DNA from: Aquifex aeolicus VF5
GTDB taxonomy: Bacteria; Aquificota; Aquificia; Aquificales; Aquificaceae
DNA: 64,000 nucleotides
Direction: 5' to 3'
Assembly: GCF_000008625.1 (NCBI RefSeq)
Contig: NC_000918.1
Coordinates: forward strand, 596,989-660,988
Shown: positions 44,755 through 54,114 of the stretch, piece after piece
Layout: each line of letters opens with the position of its first letter
How positions within the stretch are numbered: position 1 is the first letter of the stretch
The notes under the pieces: model-generated
Seen by the model: only the letters and a program-made list of their open reading frames with translations
Told to the model about the DNA's origin: nothing
Database searches by the model: none
Made by a program: the position numbers and the translations under genes

Positions 44755-45981
44755 ATGGCAGCGGCACCGGTAGAGGGAAATGGGGCAGGATTAGACGTCC
44801 ATACTTTATTTTTGCACTTAGCTATACTCCTATTTTCCGCAAAGCTTTTCGGTTCGATATTCAGGAAACTAGGTATCCCTCCCGTCCTCGGAGAGGTCAC
44901 AGCGGGTGTAATTCTCGGTCAGAGCGTACTTGGGTTAATTCCGCTCTCGGAAGCAATAAAGGTCCTTGCGGAACTCGGTGTAATACTCCTACTCTTCGAA
45001 GTAGGTCTTGAAGCCGACATAAATATGTTAATGAGAGTGGGCCTTTGGTCCACTTTAGTCGCAATAGTTGGAGCAGCACTTCCCTTTGCGGGAGGGTTTA
45101 TAGTTTCCTACTACTTCTTCGGTCTTGATCTCGTGGCTTCACTCTTTATGGGAGGGGCACTTACCGCAACGAGCATAGGTATAACGGTAAGGGTTTTAAC
45201 CGATTTGAATAAACACAAAGAACGTTTTGCTCAGATAGTCCTCGGTGCGGCAGTTCTGGACGATATTATGGGTGTTATAATCCTCGCAGCTTTGTACGAA
45301 TTTTCAAAAACGAAGGCAGTTCATTTTGACACCACGGTTAATCTGATAATACACATCTTGATGTTCTTCCTTATAGCTCCCTTCGTTGCAAACGTCTTAG
45401 CAAAACTCCTTTCCATAGCTGCGAGGAAGACTCAGGACATGGATTTAATCCCTGCTTCTATAATGGCTCTTATACTACTCGCAGCTTATTCAGCTCATAA
45501 ATTCGGTTCTCCGAGTATTCTCGGTTCTTTTACCGCAGGACTTGCCCTCTCGAGGAGATTCGTAATCCCCTTTGCCGCTATGCTCCGTTTGGACGAAAAA
45601 TTGCTTCACAAGGTTGAGGAGTCAATAACTCCCCTTGTATGGGTAATGGCTCCTATATTCTTCGTTTCCGTAGGACTTGCACTTAACTTAAAAGCTATAG
45701 ACTTTTCCTCTCCGGAGTTCTGGACCTTTTCTTCAGCACTTATAGTAGTAGCGATAATAGGAAAAGTTCTGGCGGGTTTCGTAGCTCCGGGTTCATTGAA
45801 GGAAAAGGCAAGCATAGGCTTTTCCATGCTCCCCCGTGGAGAAGTGGGATTGATATTTGCCGAGTTCGGAAGGAGCTTTAAAGCTATAAACGAGGTAGAG
45901 TACGCAGTTATCGTTTTCGTCGTGGCTGTTACAACGTTAATAGCCCCGATAGTTCTTAAACTTCTTTTAAAAGAAGAATAG
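44755..45981 (+). CDS. monovalent cation:proton antiporter (CPA2/NapA-like)
   Basis: 408 aa with 12-13 TM helices and Na+/H+ exchanger-type motifs (VLGEVTAGVILGQS, LFEVGLE). Confidence 0.85.
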   Translation: MAAAPVEGNGAGLDVHTLFLHLAILLFSAKLFGSIFRKLGIPPVLGEVTAGVILGQSVLGLIPLSEAIKVLAELGVILLLFEVGLEADINMLMRVGLWSTLVAIVGAALPFAGGFIVSYYFFGLDLVASLFMGGALTATSIGITVRVLTDLNKHKERFAQIVLGAAVLDDIMGVIILAALYEFSKTKAVHFDTTVNLIIHILMFFLIAPFVANVLAKLLSIAARKTQDMDLIPASIMALILLAAYSAHKFGSPSILGSFTAGLALSRRFVIPFAAMLRLDEKLLHKVEESITPLVWVMAPIFFVSVGLALNLKAIDFSSPEFWTFSSALIVVAIIGKVLAGFVAPGSLKEKASIGFSMLPRGEVGLIFAEFGRSFKAINEVEYAVIVFVVAVTTLIAPIVLKLLLKEE

Positions 45982-45986
45982 ATGGA

Positions 45987-46193
45987 ATGGGGGCATGTTT
46001 TAACAATAATTTTTGGCACAGCAGGGTTTATAGGCTCAGTAAAAGGATAGACAGCGTTGAGAAAAGGATAGACGATTTAAAAGATGGCATAAAAGAAATA
46101 AGACAGGAATTAAAAGAAATCGCGGGTGAAGTTAAAGAACTAAAAGAACTCCTCTACAAGGTTCTGGAGGCGGAAGCTAAAAAAGAAGTTTAA
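45987..46193 (+). CDS. hypothetical small coiled-coil protein (68 aa)
   Basis: Heptad-rich [37 protein letters not shown]. Low confidence. Confidence 0.3.
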   Translation: MGACFNNNFWHSRVYRLSKRIDSVEKRIDDLKDGIKEIRQELKEIAGEVKELKELLYKVLEAEAKKEV

Positions 46194-46213
46194 AAGTTCT
46201 ATCTTTAATCTTT

Positions 46214-46603
46214 ATGGAGGCAAAGGAGAAGAAGTACGGAGAAATTGAGATCGAAAAGGCACAGCTCGAGGCATGGCCGAATCCAAATCCCGAAAGGGAT
46301 TACATGATAGAGATAACATTTCCTGAATTTACGTGCCTGTGTCCGCGTTCAGGTTATCCAGACTTTGCAACGATAAAAATCCGCTACATTCCCGACAAGT
46401 ACATAGTTGAGTTAAAGTCCTTAAAGCTCTGGCTCAATAAGTTCAGGAACAGGTACATATCCCACGAGGCGGCTACAAACGAGATATACCAAGCCCTTTA
46501 CGACCTTCTTAAACCCAGATTCTTGGAAGTTGTGGGAGACTTTCATCCGAGGGGTAATGTGCATACCGTTGTAAGGGTAAGGAGTGATGAGAATTACGGA
46601 TAA
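46214..46603 (+). CDS. queF: NADPH-dependent 7-cyano-7-deazaguanine reductase
   Basis: The QueF type I motif [14 protein letters not shown] and a length of 129 aa. Confidence 0.85.
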   Translation: MEAKEKKYGEIEIEKAQLEAWPNPNPERDYMIEITFPEFTCLCPRSGYPDFATIKIRYIPDKYIVELKSLKLWLNKFRNRYISHEAATNEIYQALYDLLKPRFLEVVGDFHPRGNVHTVVRVRSDENYG

Positions 46604-46696
46604 TGGCGGAGGGGGAGGGATTCGAACCCTCGGAGGGGTTTTAGCCCCTCTGCCGCTTAGCAAGCGGCCGCCTTCGGCCTCTCGGCCACCCCTCCT
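46604..46696 (-). tRNA. tRNA-Ser (anticodon GCT), long variable arm, CCA encoded
   Basis: Reverse complement is GGAGGGGTGGCCGAGAGGCCGAAGGCGGCCGCTTGCTAAGCGGC...GGGTTCGAATCCCTCCCCCTCCGCCA. Confidence 0.85.
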
Positions 46697-46724
46697 TTAC
46701 AAAACTATTTAAATAATTATATTC

Positions 46725-47333
46725 TCAAAACTTACCCTTTTCCAGCCTTTTTAAGGAGTAGTAATCCCCTATGCCGTACTTAAACCAGAGTTCCTCAAGG
46801 ATTTTTATAAAGATTTCTGCGGTAAGGGTTGCGTCCTTTAAAGCCCTGTGAACTCCGTTCGTCTCAAAACCGAAGTTCTCAGCTATTTCCTTTAAAGAGT
46901 ACTTTTTAAGTCCCGGAAAAACTTTTCTCGCCAACTTCAGCGTGCAGAGAGACGGGTTTCTGAACTTTTTTCCCCTGTACTGTTTTGTGTACTTGTTTAT
47001 GAACTTTATGTCCTGTTCTACGAAGTGTCCAACCACTATGTTATCACCCACGAATTCCAGAAATTCGGGCAGAACTTCTTCTATGGTGGGTTGTCCTACG
47101 AGCATGGCGTTTGTTATGCCCGTTAACTTCTTTATCCTCTCTGGAATGAAGTAACCTGGATAAACCAGAGTTGAGAACTTTTCAGTTATTATCCCTCCTT
47201 CAACGCGTACAGCGGCAAGGTCTATAACTTCAGACTTTTCAACGTCAAACCCGGTAGCCTCCAGGTCTATAACGACGAAAGTGCCATCAAGGAGATTGTC
47301 TCGCATTTTAAGACTTTTGGGAGAGCTCTTCAA
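46725..47333 (-). CDS. DnaQ-like 3'-5' exonuclease (DEDDh, Pol III epsilon family)
   Basis: Exo I motif FVVIDLEATG, a later Exo III-like H...D, and a length of 202 aa. Confidence 0.75.
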   Translation of the reverse strand: MKSSPKSLKMRDNLLDGTFVVIDLEATGFDVEKSEVIDLAAVRVEGGIITEKFSTLVYPGYFIPERIKKLTGITNAMLVGQPTIEEVLPEFLEFVGDNIVVGHFVEQDIKFINKYTKQYRGKKFRNPSLCTLKLARKVFPGLKKYSLKEIAENFGFETNGVHRALKDATLTAEIFIKILEELWFKYGIGDYYSLKRLEKGKF

Positions 47334-47541
47334 TCTCGTAATCCTCTATTAACGGGTTGATGAGGTACTTTTCTACAAGCTTTCTGAGATCGGTGTCTTC
47401 TGAAACTTCGAGTTCAACAACTTTTCCTACTCTCACGTTTGATACGTTAAAGCCGTTTTCCTTTAACATCTCCTCAACGGCTCTGCCCTGAGGGTCCAGA
47501 AGCCCCTCTTTCGGCATTATTATTACCCTTACGAGCTTCAT
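47308..47541 (-). CDS. purS: phosphoribosylformylglycinamidine synthase subunit PurS
   Basis: 77 aa, MKLVRVIIMPKEGLLDPQGRAVEEMLKENGF. Confidence 0.85.
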   Translation of the reverse strand: MKLVRVIIMPKEGLLDPQGRAVEEMLKENGFNVSNVRVGKVVELEVSEDTDLRKLVEKYLINPLIEDYEIEELSQKS

Positions 47542-47563
47542 AAAAACCTCCTTCCCTTAAATT

Positions 47564-48325
47564 TTAATCACATTCAAGAAGGATAAAACTTATGTTGTCC
47601 TTGCCATCCTGATAGGCAAGCTCAAAGAGGCAGTTAGCTCTTAATTTTATGTCCTCTTTGGAAAGACAGGAAACCTTTTCCCTGAAAGAGAGAGCTTCCC
47701 AGAGACCATCCGAGCATATTAGGAAAGTGTCTCCTTTCTTTACTTCCTCTTCTCTGACGAACACCTCGGGAAGGTCAGGGTAACCTCCTAGGATCGCACT
47801 CTCGAGTATGTGCCTTTCGGGATGGAGTCTCAGTTCTTCGTAGGAAATCCTCCCTTCCTTGTAGTACTGAAAGAGGTAAGTGTGGTCCTCCGTCAGGAGT
47901 TCTAAATTTCCGTCTCTGAAGCGGTAAACTCTGCAGTCTCCCACGTTAAAAACAATTGCTCTATCTTTTGAGAGGTAAACACCCGCAAGGGCAGTTCCAA
48001 AGCCGTAGCAAAACTCATTTCCTTCGTTTATATACTCGTCAAGTCTCTTTTTAGCTTTTAAAATTATCTCCTTGATATATTCGGGTTTCTCCGGTTTTTC
48101 TTCCTTTAATACTTCCAGAACTAAACCGCTCGCCTTTTCACCGCACGCGTGTCCGCCGAGGCCGTCTGCCACCGCAAAGGGGGTGAATTCATAAACCTCA
48201 AACTCTTCAACCTGAGGTGTGTTCATAGACGTTTCCCTGAAGAGTTTTCCGTCTACGAGCAGGGCATCTTCGTTTTTGGGTCTTACCTTTCCCGTGTTCG
48301 TAATGTATGCGGTCCTTACCTTCAT
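47564..48325 (-). CDS. PP2C-family Ser/Thr protein phosphatase
   Basis: RPKNEDALLV, ADGLGGH and DGLWE metal-binding motifs. Confidence 0.8.
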   Translation of the reverse strand: MKVRTAYITNTGKVRPKNEDALLVDGKLFRETSMNTPQVEEFEVYEFTPFAVADGLGGHACGEKASGLVLEVLKEEKPEKPEYIKEIILKAKKRLDEYINEGNEFCYGFGTALAGVYLSKDRAIVFNVGDCRVYRFRDGNLELLTEDHTYLFQYYKEGRISYEELRLHPERHILESAILGGYPDLPEVFVREEEVKKGDTFLICSDGLWEALSFREKVSCLSKEDIKLRANCLFELAYQDGKDNISFILLECD

Positions 48326-48759
48326 TTTTCTTTGATGGCTTCCAAGAGGCACTCCCTCATTAAGTCCTCGGATGGCGTTCCTATGTCCCTTATGGTTTCA
48401 AAGTCCTTGTTAAAGCCCTCCTTTTCAAGCTTCTTCATGAGTATTTTGAACACGTTTTTGAGACCTTCTTTCATTGGGATGCCTTCTTTGAATATGTAAA
48501 GTTCGTCGTCCTCGTTGAAGAACTCTATACCGTATTCTTCAGGGTTTTCTATCTCAAAGTCAACGCCGAGGGCGTAAGCCTGACCGTGTTTTATGGCGTT
48601 CTCCTCGGGAATGTAGTGTTCAGAAAAACAAGAGTACTTTACATCTTTGAAAAGGTTTTCATCCATCGGGGTAGCAACTATATATAAAGCCTCTTCCTGC
48701 TTAACTTCTCCTTTTTCGTTCACACCCGCAAGGGTAACTAAATAGCTCCAGGACTTCAT
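48322..48759 (-). CDS. hypothetical protein upstream of and overlapping the PP2C gene
   Basis: ORF with an uncertain start (TTG at 48795 or ATG at 48759). No motif was recognised. Confidence 0.35.
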   Translation of the reverse strand: MKSWSYLVTLAGVNEKGEVKQEEALYIVATPMDENLFKDVKYSCFSEHYIPEENAIKHGQAYALGVDFEIENPEEYGIEFFNEDDELYIFKEGIPMKEGLKNVFKILMKKLEKEGFNKDFETIRDIGTPSEDLMRECLLEAIKEK

Positions 48760-48844
48760 AATAAGAATATTTAAACCTGCCCTGCGGTATTGCAAACTTT
48801 TTGCAGTTTAACTATTTTTTAAAAGTAATCTTCAGGAGGAGGTC

Positions 48845-50749
48845 ATGAACGCGTTGAAAAACTTCTTTATATGGGCAATCATTATCGGAGCTGCGATAGT
48901 AGCCTTTAACCTATTTGAAGGAAAAAGAGAATTTACCACGAAGGTTTCCTTAAACGAAGTAGTTAAGCTCGTTGAGGAAGGTAAGGTAAGTTACGCGGAG
49001 GTAAGGGGAAACACGGCGATAATTCAAACTAAAGACGGACAAAAACTGGAGGTGACTCTCCCACCTAACACGAACTTAGTTGACAAAATGGTTGAGAAAG
49101 GTGTAAGGGTTGAAGTTGCAAACCCAGAACCGCCCGGAGGGTGGCTCGTAAACGTATTCCTCTCATGGCTTCCAATACTCTTCTTTATCGGTATATGGAT
49201 ATTCCTCCTCAGGCAGATGTCGGGGGGTGGAAACGTAAACAGGGCCTTTAACTTCGGAAAGAGCAGGGCGAAGGTTTACATAGAGGAAAAACCGAAGGTA
49301 ACTTTCAAGGACGTTGCAGGAATAGAAGAAGTAAAGGAAGAAGTAAAGGAAATTATTGAATACCTGAAAGACCCCGTTAAGTTCCAGAAGCTCGGCGGAA
49401 GACCTCCCAAGGGAGTTCTCCTTTACGGTGAGCCAGGTGTGGGTAAAACGCTCCTTGCGAAAGCTATCGCGGGCGAGGCTCACGTTCCCTTCATCTCGGT
49501 CTCTGGTTCTGACTTCGTTGAGATGTTCGTCGGTGTAGGAGCCGCACGGGTAAGGGACCTTTTTGAAACCGCAAAGAAGCACGCTCCCTGCATAATCTTT
49601 ATAGACGAGATTGACGCGGTAGGAAGGGCAAGGGGAGCTATTCCCGTAGGCGGTGGACACGATGAGAGAGAACAAACCTTAAACCAGCTTCTCGTTGAAA
49701 TGGACGGCTTTGACACCTCAGACGGTATTATCGTAATCGCCGCAACCAACAGACCAGACATCTTAGACCCGGCTCTTTTAAGGCCCGGACGTTTTGACAG
49801 GCAGATATTTATACCCAAACCTGACGTAAGAGGTAGGTACGAAATACTCAAAGTTCATGCGAGGAACAAGAAACTCGCTAAGGACGTTGACCTTGAGTTT
49901 GTGGCGAGGGCAACCCCGGGCTTTACGGGAGCGGACCTTGAAAACCTCCTAAACGAAGCGGCATTACTCGCGGCAAGGAAAGGTAAAGAAGAGATAACTA
50001 TGGAAGAAATAGAAGAAGCCCTAGACAGGATTACTATGGGACTAGAAAGAAAGGGAATGACCATATCGCCAAAAGAAAAGGAGAAGATAGCTATACACGA
50101 AGCCGGACACGCCCTCATGGGACTCGTCTCCGATGACGATGACAAGGTTCACAAGATATCCATAATCCCGAGGGGTATGGCTCTGGGAGTAACGCAACAA
50201 CTTCCCATAGAAGACAAGCATATATACGACAAAAAGGATCTCTACAACAAGATACTGGTGCTTCTGGGCGGAAGGGCTGCGGAAGAGGTATTCTTCGGAA
50301 AAGATGGAATCACTACGGGAGCAGAAAATGACCTTCAGAGAGCAACGGACCTCGCTTACAGAATGGTTTCCATGTGGGGTATGAGCGATAAGGTCGGTCC
50401 GATAGCTATAAGGAGGGTGGCAAATCCCTTCCTCGGAGGAATGACCACAGCGGTAGACACAAGCCCTGACCTTTTAAGGGAAATAGACGAAGAGGTAAAG
50501 AGGATTATTACGGAACAGTATGAAAAGGCTAAAGCTATAGTGGAGGAATACAAAGAACCCTTGAAAGCCGTGGTCAAGAAGCTACTTGAGAAGGAAACGA
50601 TAACCTGCGAGGAGTTCGTAGAAGTGTTCAAGCTCTACGGTATAGAGCTTAAAGACAAGTGTAAGAAAGAGGAACTCTTTGACAAAGACAGGAAATCTGA
50701 GGAAAATAAAGAACTTAAATCTGAAGAAGTTAAGGAGGAGGTAGTCTGA
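48845..50749 (+). CDS. ftsH: ATP-dependent zinc metalloprotease FtsH
   Basis: TM helices, an AAA module ([17 protein letters not shown]) and the HEAGHAL zinc site. Confidence 0.95.
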   Translation: MNALKNFFIWAIIIGAAIVAFNLFEGKREFTTKVSLNEVVKLVEEGKVSYAEVRGNTAIIQTKDGQKLEVTLPPNTNLVDKMVEKGVRVEVANPEPPGGWLVNVFLSWLPILFFIGIWIFLLRQMSGGGNVNRAFNFGKSRAKVYIEEKPKVTFKDVAGIEEVKEEVKEIIEYLKDPVKFQKLGGRPPKGVLLYGEPGVGKTLLAKAIAGEAHVPFISVSGSDFVEMFVGVGAARVRDLFETAKKHAPCIIFIDEIDAVGRARGAIPVGGGHDEREQTLNQLLVEMDGFDTSDGIIVIAATNRPDILDPALLRPGRFDRQIFIPKPDVRGRYEILKVHARNKKLAKDVDLEFVARATPGFTGADLENLLNEAALLAARKGKEEITMEEIEEALDRITMGLERKGMTISPKEKEKIAIHEAGHALMGLVSDDDDKVHKISIIPRGMALGVTQQLPIEDKHIYDKKDLYNKILVLLGGRAAEEVFFGKDGITTGAENDLQRATDLAYRMVSMWGMSDKVGPIAIRRVANPFLGGMTTAVDTSPDLLREIDEEVKRIITEQYEKAKAIVEEYKEPLKAVVKKLLEKETITCEEFVEVFKLYGIELKDKCKKEELFDKDRKSEENKELKSEEVKEEVV

Positions 50750-52047
50750 TGGGAATGACTATAACCGAGAAGATTCTGGCGGAACACGCTGGTAAGAAGG
50801 AAGTCCACCCCGGAGAACTCATAACTGCAAAGATAGACCTCGCAATGGCAAACGATGTGACCGCACCCCTTGCCATAAAGATACTTGAGAAGTACGGAAT
50901 AGATAAGGTCTTTGACCCTGAGAGGATAGCCCTTGTTCTCTCACACTTCGTTCCCGCAAAGGACATAAAGTCCGCTGAGCAGGCAAAGATAGTAAGAGAA
51001 TTCGTAAAAAAGCACGGTATAAAGTGGTTCTTTGAAGAGGGAGAAGGTATAGAACACGCCATACTCCCCGAGCAAGGACTCGTCGTTCCCGGGGACCTCG
51101 TTGTAGGTGCGGACTCCCACACCTGCACTTACGGAGCTCTCGGAGCCTTTGCAACGGGGGTCGGTTCCACCGATATAGCCTACGCTATGGCTACCGGAGA
51201 AGTTTGGCTCAGAGTTCCCGAAAGTATGAAGTTCATCTTCTACGGAAAACTAAAACCATGGGTGATGGGAAAGGACCTAATCCTCTACACGATAGGGCAA
51301 ATAGGGGTTGACGGAGCACTCTACAGGGCTATGGAATTTGACGGAGAGACCATAAGAAACCTTTCTATGGAACAGAGGTTTACTATAGCAAACATGGCGA
51401 TAGAAGCGGGTGGAAAGAGCGGAATAATCTCTCCTGATGAAAAAACGATAGAATACGTAAAACAAAGGGCAAAGAGACCATGGAAAGTTTACCAGAGCGA
51501 CCCTGACGCTGAGTACCACTCCGTTTACGAGTGGGACGCTTCTCAGATAGAACCCTTAGTAGCGTGGCCCTACCTACCTTCAAACGTGCATCCCGTTTCT
51601 GAATCCACCCATATAACGATAGACCAGGCATTTATAGGCTCCTGCACAAACGGAAGAATAGAGGACCTGAGAGTTGCAGCAAAGGTGTTTGAAGCTGCGC
51701 TAAAGCAAGGAAAGAAAGTTCACCCTTACGTGAGGTGCATAGTAATTCCCGCGTCCAAGGCTATATACAAGCAAGCTTTGAAAGAAGGACTCATAGATAT
51801 CTTTATGGAAGCCGGTTGCGTGGTTTCTACTTCTACGTGCGGTCCCTGCCTTGGTGGACACATGGGAGTGCTTGCGGAAGGTGAAAGGTGTATATCCACA
51901 TCTAACAGAAACTTCCCCGGAAGGATGGGTCATCCTAAGAGCGAAAGCTACCTCGCAAACCCTGCCGTGGTCGCTGCGAGTGCAATAATGGGAAGAATTG
52001 CCCACCCCGACGAGGTGGTGAAAGCCGAAACCCTTGCGGGTGTTTAA
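50749..52047 (+). CDS. leuC: 3-isopropylmalate/homoaconitate dehydratase large subunit (aconitase family)
   Basis: [15 protein letters not shown]..., GSCTNGR, and Cys ligands in STCGPC. Confidence 0.9.
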   Translation: MGMTITEKILAEHAGKKEVHPGELITAKIDLAMANDVTAPLAIKILEKYGIDKVFDPERIALVLSHFVPAKDIKSAEQAKIVREFVKKHGIKWFFEEGEGIEHAILPEQGLVVPGDLVVGADSHTCTYGALGAFATGVGSTDIAYAMATGEVWLRVPESMKFIFYGKLKPWVMGKDLILYTIGQIGVDGALYRAMEFDGETIRNLSMEQRFTIANMAIEAGGKSGIISPDEKTIEYVKQRAKRPWKVYQSDPDAEYHSVYEWDASQIEPLVAWPYLPSNVHPVSESTHITIDQAFIGSCTNGRIEDLRVAAKVFEAALKQGKKVHPYVRCIVIPASKAIYKQALKEGLIDIFMEAGCVVSTSTCGPCLGGHMGVLAEGERCISTSNRNFPGRMGHPKSESYLANPAVVAASAIMGRIAHPDEVVKAETLAGV

Positions 52048-52061
52048 TTCTTCTTTTCTTT

Positions 52062-52806
52062 ATGCCCGTAAAGTTAAAGGTTTACTTAAAACCTGAGAAA
52101 CCTATAAAATCAAGCCTTCTCACACCTGAGGCGGTTCACGGTCTCTTTTTTAACCTCCTTTCGGAAGAATTCGCAGAAGAACTCCACAGACCTTCAAAGG
52201 TAAAGCCCTTTTTCCCTGTGGTTTCCTCAATTTTACGAAGAGGAAAAGGAACTTGATAAGTTCTATCTGGAAGTCTTATTTCTGCAAGAAAGTTTAATGC
52301 CCAAATTTTTATCTTCCTTTTTACTTGAAAATAAAGAAATCCGTTTAAACGGTGTAAAACTGAAAAAAGTTTTAAGCCCGAAAGTGAGCGAGGAGAGTAT
52401 TAAATCTTACGAAACCCTTTTTAATTAGGCAGGAGAGGAAAACACCGTGGTTATGGACTTCATATCACCGACGACGTTTAAAAAGGGCGATTTTGACCAT
52501 CCCCTTCCTGAACAGAAGTTCGTTTTTAAAAGCCTGATAAGAAAGTAGGTGAGGTTTTCCGATTTTCCCCTTGATGCAGATTTAAGGGAATTTATTGAGA
52601 AAAATATTTTCGTGTCTGGCGTATGGACAAAGACGAGGAAAGTTGAAACGGGACAAAATGCAAAACTCGTAGGCTTCACGGGAAGGGTAGTTTACTACGT
52701 GTGGATAAACGCCCTCTCTTCCTTTTCTGAGTTTGCCGGCGTAGGCAGAAAAACCACAATGGGTTTCGGAAAAACAAGAAAAGTTCCCCTCAAAAATTTA
52801 GAATGA
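52062..52806 (+). pseudogene. cas6: cas6 (CRISPR repeat endoribonuclease) pseudogene with one +1 frameshift near 52240 and two in-frame TAG codons (~52423 and ~52546)
   Basis: The N-terminal piece reads MPVKLKVYLKPEKPIKSSLLTPEAVHGLFFNLL... The middle piece, in the next frame, reads EEKELDKFYLEVLFLQE...IRLNGVKLKKV. After a TAG comes DFISPTTFKKGDFDHPLPEQKFVFKSLIRK, then another TAG, and the tail contains FAGVGRKTTMGFGKT, the Cas6 glycine-rich loop GhGxxxxxGhG. Confidence 0.7.
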
Positions 52807-52843
52807 TGTATAATAAATTTACAGCCTTGCTGAGGGCTTTTTA

Positions 52844-53082
52844 GCTCCTTGGCAATTGAATAGGGTTTATGGGTCTTGATAAGTGATGCTTTGATGATGT
52901 GATGAAATGAAATCATGATGTGATATGATTGAAGTGATTGAAAATCAAGGGTAAAAATTTTATAAAGGCATACTCAATTTTGCAGAACCTCGGGTTAGCG
53001 GAAATTAACATTCGTTTCATTAAGGTCAGAAGTCTAATAAGTTATTTATAAAGCGTTTTTTTAGACACAGGCGTGCAGGGTT
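52844..53082 (+). repeat. 239-bp CRISPR-leader-like element, copy 1 (no CRISPR repeats follow)
   Basis: It is 238/239 identical to 56868-57106 and lies directly downstream of the cas6 pseudogene. Confidence 0.9.
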
Positions 53083-53093
53083 ACGCCCTAATA

Positions 53094-53150
53094 ATGAGGG
53101 ATTGCGACTATAATAATGTGGCTCTCTGCAATGATAACAAAAAGCGTTGA
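53094..53150 (+). pseudogene. truncated copy (18 codons) of the small ORF that follows leader copy 2
   Basis: Both copies share the block GCCCTAATAATGAGGGATTG(C/T)GA. The product MRDCDYNNVALCNDNKKR* compares with MRDCDSITFRIDECP... at 57254. Confidence 0.4.
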
Positions 53151-53232
53151 AATGCCCTAAGTAAATAAGAGGTTTTTCTTTCTCATTTCATAAACTTAAT
53201 AAATAAACACTCACTTATAATTAATATTTCCT

Positions 53233-53556
53233 ATGGCTAAGATAAAGCACCTTGAGGAAAAGTTCGGGGAAAAGCCTGTAAGTGAGCTCGTTTATGAAGA
53301 TGAGAACGCAAAAGTAATCAGGTTTTACCTTAAGAAGGGACAGGAGATAAAGCCTCACACATCCCCTTCCAGCGTTTACATTACAGTTTTAAAAGGGAAA
53401 GTAACTTTCACAGCGGGAGAGGAAAAAATCAAAGGGGAGCAAGGTTCTACGATTTACTACGAGCCTAATGAACTCCACGGATTTGTGGCAGAAGAGGATA
53501 GCGTTCTGGAAGCTGTCATAACTCCAAAACCCGTGAGGAAAGTAAGCCTCAAATAA
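53233..53556 (+). CDS. cupin-domain protein (107 aa)
   Basis: Has the cupin beta-barrel pattern (G.E...H........Y...G...F, with NELHGF). No SD sequence precedes the ATG. Confidence 0.65.
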   Translation: MAKIKHLEEKFGEKPVSELVYEDENAKVIRFYLKKGQEIKPHTSPSSVYITVLKGKVTFTAGEEKIKGEQGSTIYYEPNELHGFVAEEDSVLEAVITPKPVRKVSLK

Positions 53557-53628
53557 GAAATTCTTATATCCTTATAATGATAAGTAAGTGTTGATTTACT
53601 TTGATAAAGGTCATAATATTAATATCAA

Positions 53629-54114
53629 ATGGGGAAGCAGGAGAAGGACTTAGGAACTGCTTGGGAGTATCAGGGTTGTCTTATTCCGAAAGATCTTTAT
53701 TACGACATAGAAAATCAGGTCTGGGTAAGAGTAAACGAAGACGGAACGGTAACGCTCGGGCTCACGGACGTGGGACAGACCCGTGCCGGTAGACTACTCC
53801 ATATAAGGGTAAAACCCGTAGGGACGAAAGTAAAGAAGGGAAAACCAGTTGCGACACTTGAAAGCGGGAAGTGGGCCGGACCCGTTCCCGCACTCGTGGA
53901 GGGCGAAATCGTTGAAGTAAACCCGAAAGTCGTGGAAGACCCGAACTACATAAACATTGACCCTTACGGAGATGCGTGGATCGTAAAGATTAAACCCACA
54001 AGCGAAGAAACGCTCAAGAGAGACCTCTCCGAACTTGCTCACGGTGAAAAAGCTCACGAAGAAATGAAAAAGCATATAGACGAGTGGGATATAGTTTGTA
54101 TGAGGTGTGTGTGA
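53629..54114 (+). CDS. glycine cleavage H-protein-like lipoyl-domain protein with a C-terminal CxxC
   Basis: LESGKWAGPVPALVEGEIVEVNPKVVEDPNYINIDPYGDAWIVKIKP aligns with the GcvH lipoyl-lysine region (ESVKAAS...SDPYG.GW). The protein ends CMRCV. Confidence 0.65.
   Translation: MGKQEKDLGTAWEYQGCLIPKDLYYDIENQVWVRVNEDGTVTLGLTDVGQTRAGRLLHIRVKPVGTKVKKGKPVATLESGKWAGPVPALVEGEIVEVNPKVVEDPNYINIDPYGDAWIVKIKPTSEETLKRDLSELAHGEKAHEEMKKHIDEWDIVCMRCV

Noticed and set aside
52423-52548. Both premature stops in cas6 are TAG, suggesting amber suppression or a recoded TAG
   Set aside because: No Pyl machinery or suppressor tRNA is evident, the gene also carries a frameshift, and the histidine kinase is cut by TAA instead. 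Ordinary pseudogenisation explains the stops.
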